DNA from: Chrysemys picta bellii
Lineage: Eukaryota
Assembly: GCF_011386835.1 (NCBI RefSeq)
Contig: NC_088802.1
Span: 496,001 to 560,000 of the forward strand
Direction: 5' to 3'
DNA: 64,000 nucleotides
Below are positions 45,818-57,164 of this stretch, piece after piece. The position numbers were made by a program, and so were the translations under genes. Numbering within the stretch: the stretch's first letter is position 1; each line of letters starts with the position of its first letter. The notes beneath the pieces were generated by a model. That model searched no databases. It was not told where the DNA came from and was given only the letters and a program-made list of their open reading frames with translations.

Positions 45818-48800
45818 ATGGAGCAGAAGGGGAATGCTGATGGATGGCAGGTGCCACTTGCAGGGAAGGCCCTTTCCCAGCTGCCTGTGCCTGGCTTGAG
45901 GGCCAAGCGAGGGCCTAGTGATGAGAATCAGCCTCCAACCGAACAGGTGAGATGCGACAGGCAGATGTGAAAGGTGGTTTCTTGACCCACTTCATTTTCT
46001 TGTTCTCCAGGGCTCTGCTCCCAATAACTGTCTCCTCTCTTCCCGTCCCACTAGAAACGTGCCCGAAGGCTTCCCGTACCAACCAGGAGGGTGGCAGCCT
46101 CCATCGCTGCCACTTGTTCCAAGCCTTCGACAGCAGCTGCAATACCTAAGACTCAAAGAGCAGGTGAGCTCTTGGGAAGGGTGTGTGCTAGGACTGGTGG
46201 GTATATTTGCTTGCAGGATGCAGGGACCTTTGTGTTCATGAGAACAGGGAGCTGACACAAGGGGTCAGATGTTTCACTGCTAATGATGATGCTTCATGTC
46301 CACCACAGGCCGCCGGGCTTCGCTCCGACCAGGACTGACCATCCCAGCAGCCTCAGTTGCAGGTATTTGTGGGACTGGGGCTTTCACTCTGAGGGGAGAC
46401 TCCTTGTGACCTGGTGCCACTTGCCAAACCCAGCACTGTGATCCAGAGCTCTGTGGGACCCAGTACTGGGAAGACTGTTGGTGGGTGATACTTGCTAGAG
46501 AGCTGAGCACCCTCTGCCAACTGGAAGCCCCAGGCCTAGTCTCCCTTAGGGCCCTCTCCATGGGGAGCTATGAGCCTTATACTCAGCTCAGCTGCGTTTC
46601 TCTGTCAAACCCAATACTCCTGAATGCCACAATTGAACATTTCCCCCAAATTTTGGAACAGATCAAGGCAACAGTGGTCAGAACCCTAGTGACTTTGGGG
46701 GAAACCAGAAAACTGAAAGCGGGGGGGGGGATGTAGGGTGTAAGGCCTATGGAGTCCCTGCCATTGTTTTGGCATAGCCACATCCTTTAGCACCTCTGGA
46801 ATTGCCTACAGATCAAACTGCTGGTTGTGGGTGTGACCCATGGTGCCTGGTGCAGCCCTCACTGGAAATGCCAAGGTCAGGGCAGGTGGCAAAGGGGAGA
46901 GCAGATGCTCCCAAGACTGGTGGGTAACACTGAAGTTAAACTCCCCAAGCAGTCACAAACTGTGCTGCTGCTCCCTCGGCTATCAAGAAGCAAAAAACAA
47001 AACAATAAAAGGGGGGCTGTGTGATTTCCTTATTGCATTCCAGTTCTCTGGCTCCCAATCAGCATCTAGGTCCAGTACAGTGAGAAGTTATATGCTCACA
47101 TATACAAAATGTTCTTCTGACCCTGAAGGGTCAGCCACGTCACCAGGTCAGTATGGGATTGGATCTTACCCAAAATACTGCGCTGTCAGCCAGTCCTTTA
47201 TAATAAACAGAACAAGAAGAGAGATGGTAAAGTAGTCACATAGGTACAAATACTTTAAAGTTCATATATCAGGTTCCTAGCAGTATTGGTGAGTTTGCTG
47301 GCTTGAAAGTCCCTCTGGAATACATCCACAGCTTGGATGCGTCATTCAGTCCTTTATTCGGAGCTTCAGTTTGTAGTAAAGTTCTTCCAGAGGTAAAAAG
47401 CAGGATTGAAGACAAAATGGAGAAGATGCAGCTGTCTTTTATAGTATTTTGTCATGCGGCCTGTGCTTCCAATGTTTCAAACACAAGCTGCCCAACACAT
47501 GGCTTGGAAGCCTTTTCTGTCCATGGGCATGCCTTGCTGAGTCAGAAGGTGTATCCTCTGTCTTCTCTCAATGGGTCAGTTGTATAGCAGATGGTCCTTA
47601 ATGGGCCATCATGCTGATTCCAAACTGTCTGGGGGGTGTCACCCAGAAGCATAGCCCAAGTTTAAAATACAGACATGCATACATATCTATAACTCATAAT
47701 ACAAAAGGTGATCCAAATATATAAACAAGATTATCATATCTGGCAAATCATACTTTTGCAGATATCTTACATGGTATATCTGCCATAACTCATTACCAAT
47801 AGTGTAAAATTGCATTCATAGTATCCTAAAGTGTCCCCCAGATTCTATACAGCGTCACAGTGAGCACCCATGAACCCCTTCCTGCCTAGTGCTACTCCAT
47901 CTCATCTCTGTTCCTGCTCCCAATAACTTACACCCTGAGTATCTCCCAGATGGACAGAAGACAAATAATGGAGGGGTTTGACAATGAAGTGGGCATTTTT
48001 TGTGATATTTTTGATTCCTCTGTATGCCTTGGTTTCCTACTGTATTTTGCATTGCTATTCGGTGGGTGCAAAAGGATTAGAAAGATGCTCTTGTGGAAAA
48101 GAAGGAGACGTGAGGTGTTGCCACATGATTATCTGGGGTGGAATGAATGGGTCCTTAAAGGACTGGTTAAACCCGATCCATATCAATGGTGGATGCGCCA
48201 AGACAACAGGAGCCCCAAGAACTGAACAATTGACACTTATCCACCGGAATCTCCAGCAGGCGGAATATGTGATCTCCTCATGGGTCGATCTCTTGGGGAT
48301 AAGAGTTGGCTGTTGGAAGAAACTGTGCAGCCCTCACCTGTGGCTAGGGACAGCCAAGTTGGCTTTGATGAGAGCCTGGATCTAGGGATCCCTGGCCTGG
48401 CAGTAGCCAGGTTGAACTCTGCCTTAGTAAAAAGGCTAATGTAAGGATTTACAGATTATGGGGGAGGTGGGTATCTAATACATTATCTCATTATGGTAAG
48501 GCTGCCTGCTGTCACTGGAAATACTCACTGAAAGCATTGCACCCTGAAGGGGTATAGTACAAGTCTCCCATGGGAGTCTGGCTTGGCTGAATTCAGTGTA
48601 GTGAGCCACAGAAGCCCAGACCTGGTCCATACTAGGAAATTAGGTTGTCTAACTACATTGCTCAAAGGTGTGAAAAATCCACCCCCCAAAGCGATGCAGT
48701 AAAACTGACCTAACCCCCCAATGTAGACAGTGCTCGGCTGATGGGAGAATTCTCCTGTTCACATAGCTACTGCCTCTCAGGCTGTGGTGTACCTATAGCA

Positions 48801-51800
48801 AGGGGAGAACCTCTCCTGTCACTGAAGCACTACACTGGCGCAGCTGCAGCATTTTAAGTGTTGACAAGTCCCCTGTTTTGGATTCTTGGAGGCCATGGCC
48901 TGTCCCTGTAGAAGGGTGTGTGGGTCCTTAGGGCCTAGCACACTAAAGGGTTACTCCAAAGGGACCGGTTACAGGCTGGAGTATAGACCAGACCCTGTGG
49001 CTGCCTGACAGGTGGTAGCAGAGAGTCAGCTACTGAATGGTTTCAGGGACTATATTGTCAATTTGCCAAGTGCCATGTTCTGTCCTTGGGGCTCCCAGTG
49101 TTTTGGCTCATCCTCCATTGGTATGGGTCAGTTCCAGCCAGTCCTTTAACACCCATCTGTTCCACACCAGCCAGTTACATGACACAACACCTCCCATCTC
49201 CTGCTCTGCCCCAAGAGCAGCTTTTGAATTATTTTGCAACTGCTGGCTAGCAATGTAAAGTACAGAAGTAAACTGAGGCACACAAGAATCATAAAAATAT
49301 TACAGAAAATTCCTGTTTTGTCATGGGGTGCATACAGCCTCTGCAATGGGGAAAGAGGGGATTGGGGACACCTACAGAGCCATTGCAATGGAGGGAGAAT
49401 AGGCAAACAGCCCCTGCCGTGGGGGTGAGAATGGGGGGGGATGACACCTAAAAATGGGAGGCACACAACCCCTTGTGATAATAGTGGGAAGGGGGCACGC
49501 ATAACTCTGTGAGTTGCATGGAGTTCTGAAAAGAGGAGGATGGGAGGGTGAACAGAAAGATGCAAGGACGCCTGGGGCATGCCGGACCTCAGCATACAAG
49601 AGCTATGAAGTGTGGACCCCCTAGTTTACAAAAATGTTCAGTGTGTCCTGTTTCCTTGCACACAGCAGGCATTTTCCTTGCTCAGAGTTTCCAAGTCTGC
49701 CCCTCCAGTCAGCTCTCTGTTTCCTCTCACAGCCACTCTCACAACTGCTTGACCCCATGATTTGCTGTGAAGGAGTGGGAATTATTCATAATATTTTGGA
49801 TGAATATTGTGTGTGCCTCAGTTTCCCCTATGTGGTGTGTAGTTAACTAGGTCAGGGGGTGGGGGAGGAGGAAAGATTGTTTACTCTTTGCCCCAATCCA
49901 GAGATACAGGTGGGACCAACGCCTAGCTGGCTGGGTACCCATGCCCATGGAGAGTCTCAGAAGACAATGGCCACTCCAGTTATTGGCACCTAGCAACAAA
50001 CAACCATGGATGGCCCACCCTCCTTAGGAAGCCAGCTGGTGGACAAAGGACTAGAGAGCAGCCAGGTGGGGTTGTTAAGTGTGGGCTGCTGGAGGCAGGA
50101 AAGAACCTTCTGGACTGGGATCAAAGAGGAGTTAGAGGGCTCTGGACGGATCCAGATCCACCTGGCTGTAACTTTCCATTGTCTGTGTTAACTAAAGACT
50201 TGCTACGCTGTGTTACAGACATCTAATAAACCTTTCTGCTTTTACACTGCTGGCTGAGAGTCACCTTAGATCAAGGGAGCTGGAGGTGCAGTGCTCCCTT
50301 TGAGGGTGCAAGTCTTCCCCGGGTGTCCAACTCAGGTGGAGTCGCTATGGGGCACTCACAGCGGGAAGGAGGGATGCTGAAGGCTCTGAGGTTTGGGTCC
50401 GGAGGCAGTGAAGCCAAGAGGCCTACCCTAGTGAGTGAGAGACCCTAAGGAGGCTGACTCACTGAAGGGGTCCTCGCAGGGACTGTTCAAGAGCACGGGC
50501 CTGTAGTTCCATGACACGTGCTCTCCCCTTTCCCTCCGCAGATGTCGTCAGGAGGCCGGTGCCTGTGGCAGCAGCTCCAAAGATGGGTAAGGCGGCAGCA
50601 GGAGGGGCTTGGTGTCAAGAAGGGCTGAAGCCAGGGATGGGGAGAGGGATAGCCCTGCTGGCTCCAGCCTCATCTGCCTCTCCCTTTCTCCCCACAGCAG
50701 CCCCTGCCCTAGCTGCAGGGAATGATGGGAAAAAGCGGGCTGCCTGGGACCTGAAGGGCCAGTTGAGTGATATGCGGACCAAGGTGAGCAGCTACAAGGA
50801 CAAGGTGCAGAGACTGGATGGGGAGAATCAGCAGCTCAAGAGGCAGCTGCAGGAGCAGGTGGTTCAGAACCGGGAACTGAGCAGCCAAGTCAGGTGAGAA
50901 GCCAGAGGGCTGAGGGAGAGGGATCCTAGTTGTTCTGGTTGGGGGGGAATGACTCCTGCCCTATCTCACCCTGCCCCTACTTCTGTAGCACACTAAGCTC
51001 CGCGCTGCACACTTGCCAGGAGCAGGCACATCAGAGGCTCCACGAGGTGATGGAGCTGTCAGACCTGAAGCAGCAACTGGAGGAGCAGGTCACCAGCCAC
51101 AGCAGGACCATCGGGCAGCTAGAGGGGACCAAGCGGGACCTGTCATCCCTGCTGGAGACCAGAGAGGTGTGTCTTGATCCTGGGAAGGGGGGAGATGTGA
51201 TGTTAACCTCCCTCACTGGATCCAGAGCCGGGCCGATCCAGGTCATGTGGCTGGGGCCCGGAAAAAAGCTCAGCTCTTTAGTGGCATGTTCTGTGGTGCC
51301 TGTACTAGGATCTCCCATAACATGCTGTACCCTTAACCCAGCTGTGCCCTGTCAGATTCCTGTTCAGTAGACAGGTTATGTACCCATTGGGTCATCTGCA
51401 TGCTCTACTGAGAGGAACCAAGCCTTACGCAGCAGGTGCTGCAGCTTCCATGCATGGGCTCAATCTGCACCTCCTAGACACAAGCTTTGTTTCCTATAGC
51501 AACAGCTCAACCTTATGAAGGCTTTACATAGACTTGCTGGGACAACATTGTGCTCTGCTCCAGTCTCCTGGAAATTCCCCTATTGCCAATGTCACAACCC
51601 CACCTTGCTTTCAGGACTTAGTCCTGTGTCTGGCTGTTCTGCTTTAGTTATTGCCTTGCTGAGAGTGCTGCATCTCCGTAAAACGACTGCTGTCCTTGCA
51701 GGGTGTTTCAAAGGAACCTTTCCCCAGTATTCAGGCACCCAACTCCCTTTTAAAATCCCGGCCCTAATGTTGGGCCTCTTTGATTCACTTGCACTGCAAA

Positions 51801-54800
51801 CAAGCACTGCTTTCTGCACCGTCGCATGCATTTCCCCCAACAGCTTTGCTTTGACCAGGTTATCAGCTACACTCCATGTCTAGCAAGTCTGTCAGTTACC
51901 AGCTGGGAGTCACACGCGCTGGCTTGACCCATGGCGTGTGACATGGTCTGTTGTCTCTCCTGGTGGGGGCCTGGGGTGGGGTGTGTATTGTGGTATCCCA
52001 AGAACTCCAAGCAAGTCTCTAGCAGTAATCCCTAACTCCTGGTCCTGCTCCAGGTGAAGCTAAAGCTGGCAGAGGAGGGCCTGGCCCAGAGGGAGTGTGA
52101 GAACAAGGAGTTGAGAGGCCAGGTGGCAGCCCAGCTGCAGGTCATGACCCAGCAGGAGGAGCGGTTGCACCACCTGGAGATGGAGAGGAGGAGGCTGCAC
52201 AACCTGGTGCAGGAGCTCAAGGTGACAGGAGGCTCTCATTCTGCCCCACCGCAGGGTGTGGAGGGGGTGGGGCTGGGAATTAGGGCAGGACACCAGGCAG
52301 GAGGGTGGGGGTGAGGGCTAGAAGAAGATGGGATTGGGAGGGACAGCTGGGGAGATCTGGGGCCAGCCTTCCCCGCTCTGGACTGACACATCTCCTGTCC
52401 CCAGGGTAACATCCGTGTGTTCTGCCGTGTGCGCCCCCTGCTAGCCTGGGAGAAGGAGAGGCAGAAGGGACTGGAGCACCTGCACTTCCCCCTGCAGGAC
52501 AACAAGGCCCTGGTGCTCTCCAAAGTGGAGGAGGTGAGTCCAGGGACTGGGGCACAGCTAGCCCTGTCTTTGTGATGGGCCATACATTGACCCTGGCTGT
52601 GCATTGGCTGATATTCAAGGCCATTCAGTGCAGTAAGTGTTTGGACATGGCAATAGTGTGGTTAAGTTGGGGAACACTGGTGCAATCTACAACTTGCACA
52701 CTACACAGGCACGAGTCTTGGGCAATTCCCCCTGCAGGGATTCCAAGTCAGCCACCTCAGCCCCAAGCCAAGGAGTGGCTGACTCTGCTTCTGACTTGCT
52801 GCTGCTTAAACGTAGGGCCCCTGTGCTTGGAGCCTCGGAAACCTTGCTAGCACCTCACAGCCCAGCTGGGCCTGCTGCCTTGAGACCAGCCTTCTCACAC
52901 CTCCAGGGGCTAGCATTTTTCTGAGCAGCAGGCCAGAGATCTGTGCGCATGAACATGTGAAGGGGGTGCACAGACATTCATGCTTGAGATTCCCAGTGAC
53001 AGAGAGTTCCTGCTGCAATGCCCTCGGGGCAGTGCTTCCCGTGGCCAGTTCCTTCCCTATTAACAACTTGCATCTTATCTGTAGCCTGAATTTGTCTGGC
53101 TTCAGCTCCCAGCCACTGGTTTCTCCTTCTGCCTCTGTCTGGTAGCTTAGAGCCTTCTGCTCTCAAATTTGTCCATATGTGTAAGTGGAGACCATGATCA
53201 AATCTCCACTGAGCCTTCTCTTCAATAAGCTGAATAGAGGGAGCTCCTTCAGTCTCTTACTGAGGCAGGTTTTCCAGCCTTCAAATCTTGTAGCTTTTCT
53301 CTGAACCTTTCCCAGTTTTTCATCATCCTTTTGAAGTGTGGCTGCCAGATCTGTACAGTGTGTCCAGTAACAGCCACAGATGCTGCATGGAGAGGCGATT
53401 AACCTCATCCCTTGCCCCCCCAATTTCCTGGCAGCATGTTAGAAACCTGGGGCCTTCTCTGAAGGGTTTGTTAATCTCAAACTCAGCTGAGCAACCAAGT
53501 AGTTCCATTAGCGGCTTGCACTCACCAGTGTTGAATCTTCCCTGCCATTGAGCCGCCCCTTCACCCTGCCTGGCTTGGCTCCTCTGCAGGTCCTCATGGC
53601 CCCTTCTTGCCTTAAAGAATCCTCTGCAATCACTGCCCCTCATTCCCACTCTGGGGACTTCGCATCAGAGGTGCAGAGGTGGCTGTCAATTCCCCCAGCC
53701 CAGGCCTGGGGTCCTGGGAATGAGTCCTATAGTCTGACCCACATGTCTGTCTCTCCCCCCAGTCCCACGTTGGACGTGACCGCAAAGGCGATGTGAAATA
53801 CGATTTCAGCTTTGACCGGGTGTTCTCCCCTGCCTGCTCCCAGGAGGAGGTGTTTGAAGAGATTGCGCTGTTGGTGCAGGTACAGAGTGGGGCACAGGAC
53901 TTGGGTGTTTGGGAATCTGGGGGTTACCCCCATAGTGACCACTTCCTCCTCCCTCCCTGCAGTCCGCTCTGGATGGGTACCATGTCTGCATCTTTGCCTA
54001 TGGGCAGACAGGCAGTGGTAAGACCTATACCATGGAGGGGCCGGACGACATGAGCCCCGAGACTATGGGCATGATTCCTCGGGCCGTGCAGCAGGTCTTC
54101 CAGGGGGCACGGGAACTGGAGCCCAAGGGCTGGCAGGTGAGTGAGCATCCCATTCTGCCCTTCATGCCTGCCCCCAATCCTGTGGCTCTGGCAGCATACC
54201 TATTCCTCCCACACTCTCATGGTTCTGATGTTGTTTCTGTCTCCCACACACATCCCAGTACTGTTTCACGGCCAACTTTCTGGAGATCTACAATGAGTCG
54301 CTGCGGGACCTGCTGGTGGGGCGGCCAGAGCGGGGTGCCGAACTGGAGATCAAGCGGGTCAGCCAGAGCAGTGAGGAGCTGCATGTTCCCAACCTGCGCT
54401 ATGTGCCTGTGGACTCTGAGGATGAGGTGAGCTGAGATGTGGGTGTGCTGGAGCCGGTGGGCTTAGGAGCTGTACTGACCCCACCAACACACCCTGCATT
54501 CCCCAGGTGCTGAAGCTACTGCGAACGGCCAAGGCCAACCGCTCCGTGGCGAAGACGGCTCTGAACGACCGCTCCTCCCGCAGCCACAGCCTTTTCCAGC
54601 TGCGCATTGAGGGCTGGAACCGGAGCCGGGACCTGCACAGTGTCTGTGAGTGTGGCAGGTGGTGGCTGGGGCTGCCAGAGAATAACTGGAAGGCAGGGCT
54701 GGGGGAGCATTGGTTGCTAGGACCACCTGTGGTGCGGCTGCCCTGCCATTTGTGGGAGAGCTGGGTGAGGTGCCCTCTCCCAGACCTTTCTCATATCCGT

Positions 54801-55779
54801 TCCCTCTCCCTTCGCTGCAGCGGTGCTAAGCCTGGTGGACCTGGCAGGCAGCGAGCGGCTGGACAAGTCCTTCTCGAAGGGGGAGCGGTTGAGGGAGACC
54901 CAAGCCATTAACACTAGCCTCTCTACCCTGGGGCTGGTCATCATGGCGCTTTCCAACAAGGTAACAGCTAGGACACCCCATGCCCCATTATCAGCAGTCT
55001 CTTCCCCTCTTTCCCCAGGGCCAGTGGTCATAGTGCTGTAGGCAATGTAACATACCACCTGCATGCACCTCACTGCCCCCTCCCTCTCCCCCAGCCCTTC
55101 TCTGCCTGGTATTGGGGAGCCACAGTGAGGCCGGGGGCTGTCTGAGATAGATGTTATGAAATCTCCCTGCCCAGGGGTCCCAACATGGCCCCTTCTCATG
55201 GACTGTGGGGAGCTGACTCCTGTCTTCCCACTCTGCAGGAGCCCCACATACCCTACAGGAACAGCAAGCTCACCTACCTGCTGCAGAACTCGCTGGGGGG
55301 CAACTCTAAGATGTGAGTAACAATGGGGGGGGGCAGTAGGAATAGTAGGAGTGGGGAGGAGGGATGAGGTGAAGATGTATGGAGAAGGATATAGCACCAA
55401 GGTGGAGGGCAGGGCTATGGGACACACTGTATGGACAGAGAGTGGAGGGAGTCTAAGAGTTAGAGAATGTGCAGGGACACCAGGTGCTGGGGGTGGTGCC
55501 AGAAGAGTGCTTCTGCAGGCCCCTCTAACCTCTGTTCCTCCTCTTTCCAATGCCCCCAGGCTGATGTTTGTGAACATCTCCCCGCTGGAGGAGAACTTGT
55601 CAGAGTCCCTGAACTCCCTGCGCTTTGCCAGCAAAGTAAGTGACTGACTGGTGCGTGGCTCAGGCAGATGGAAGGGGGTTGCCCATGTTACAATGCTGCA
55701 GCTTCCCGCTCAACTCCATCTCTCCCCCTTCCAGGTGAACGAGTGCGTCATCGGAACAGCGCAGGCCAACAGGAAGTGA
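45818..55779 (+). CDS. KIFC1: Kinesin-14 motor KIFC1/HSET, 646 aa
   Basis: Exons 45818-45946, 46055-46163, 46309-46362, 50542-50586, 50698-50893, 50989-51166, 52054-52221, 52405-52533, 53763-53879, 53963-54136, 54259-54426, 54507-54645, 54821-54960, 55239-55312, 55560-55635, 55735-55779 (1941 nt, no frameshift). [15 protein letters not shown]-loop [39 protein letters not shown]. Confidence 0.96.
46832..47859. mobile_element. Solo LTR (~1 kb)
   Basis: Inverted termini TGTGAC...GTCACA; flanks GTGGG / GTGAG (4/5 TSD-like). Confidence 0.7.
47975..49325. mobile_element. Two inverted, diverged LTR 5' fragments (47975-48200 plus; 49140-49325 minus)
   Basis: Mutually homologous in opposite orientation and similar to the start of the LTR at 49766. 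Confidence 0.55.
48620..48871. mobile_element. Old palindromic MITE (GTCTACAC/GTGTAGAC family, possibly Harbinger-like)
   Basis: Internal atgtagacagtgc, ends ...aagtgttgacaagtccc, internal inverted gggagaattctcc; boundaries approximate. Confidence 0.5.
49766..50516 (+). mobile_element. Solo LTR (Gypsy-like) ending 25 nt before a KIFC1 exon
   Basis: TGTGA...ATGACA termini, internal AATAAA at ~50225; TSD not convincing. Confidence 0.6.
53040..53410 (-). mobile_element. Old CR1 LINE fragment
   Basis: [17 protein letters not shown]...[22 protein letters not shown] matches the CR1 ORF2 C-terminus. Confidence 0.82.
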
Positions 55780-55931
55780 GGGGTGCCACCATCCTGGCTT
55801 GGCTGCAGGGTGCGTCTGGAGCCCTGTGGGAGCAATGCTTTCTGCACCGACCAGGGCTGTGGGGTGATGTGTGTGAGGCTCATCTTGTGTCTTGTTTTTA
55901 ATACTGGTATGGACTCAGCATGAATGCTGGA

Positions 55932-55937
55932 AATAAA
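55932..55937 (+). terminator. KIFC1 polyadenylation signal
   Basis: AATAAA 152 nt after the stop codon. Confidence 0.7.
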
Positions 55938-56365
55938 ATGTCTTTTACAGCTGCTTGCTGCGTGCACTCGGGGGTGGGGAACCCAGCTGTCCAAGCTGCA
56001 AGGCGGGTGCAGTGGGCTATCAGCTGGGCCTTGGCTATATTATTGTCAGTGGGAACCAGGTCACTCTGGGTATGTCCATAGTCTCCCTGTGTGAGATCCT
56101 CTCTGCTGCTGTTCATCCACCCGCTCAATATCCCCACTCCACTGCCAGCTTCTCCTGCCCCCGGAAGTCATGCCCCCCAGCTCCACTCAAGGGCAGGGCC
56201 CCTGCACAGCTGTGAGGGGAGGTCACCGCTGTTCGTCTCCAGGGGCCCAGGCTTGGTCCCGCTTTCCCCTTTGAGTCACCTGGGGGTGTGGAGGATCTCT
56301 GGGATAGGGAGGGGACAGGGCCTGGGGCTATGGAGAATCTGGGACTGGGGGGGAGACAGGACCTG

Positions 56366-56865
56366 NNNNNNNNNNNNNNNNNNNNNNNNNNNNNNNNNNN
56401 NNNNNNNNNNNNNNNNNNNNNNNNNNNNNNNNNNNNNNNNNNNNNNNNNNNNNNNNNNNNNNNNNNNNNNNNNNNNNNNNNNNNNNNNNNNNNNNNNNNN
56501 NNNNNNNNNNNNNNNNNNNNNNNNNNNNNNNNNNNNNNNNNNNNNNNNNNNNNNNNNNNNNNNNNNNNNNNNNNNNNNNNNNNNNNNNNNNNNNNNNNNN
56601 NNNNNNNNNNNNNNNNNNNNNNNNNNNNNNNNNNNNNNNNNNNNNNNNNNNNNNNNNNNNNNNNNNNNNNNNNNNNNNNNNNNNNNNNNNNNNNNNNNNN
56701 NNNNNNNNNNNNNNNNNNNNNNNNNNNNNNNNNNNNNNNNNNNNNNNNNNNNNNNNNNNNNNNNNNNNNNNNNNNNNNNNNNNNNNNNNNNNNNNNNNNN
56801 NNNNNNNNNNNNNNNNNNNNNNNNNNNNNNNNNNNNNNNNNNNNNNNNNNNNNNNNNNNNNNNNN
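56366..56865. other. Assembly gap (exactly 500 N)
   Basis: Run of N; the round length suggests a fixed-size scaffolding placeholder. Confidence 0.99.
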
Positions 56866-57164
56866 GCAGTGGATATGTGTGAGTCTAGACGAGAAGGGGG
56901 AATACCAAGAATGCAGCCTGGAATTGGATAGGTTGCAGTAAATCTCTGGGAGTCTAGAACAGGCCAGGGGAGCTCTGGCAATGTGATCTGCCCCCCCCCC
57001 CGCCCCGTCGTGAAGTGTGAAGGACAGAGCCGGCCTTGGGATCTAGAGCTCTAGGAAGGGCTCCGGGCATGTCTCCCAGGAGCCCAGTTCTGGGATGGCG
57101 GCGTGAGTTCTGGGATGGCGGCAGTGTGATTTTCACAGCTGAAGGTTTGTCGTTCATCCCCTAG

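Noticed and set aside
56091-56981. ORFs of 217-263 aa spanning the gap
   Set aside because: Artefacts of translating N bases.
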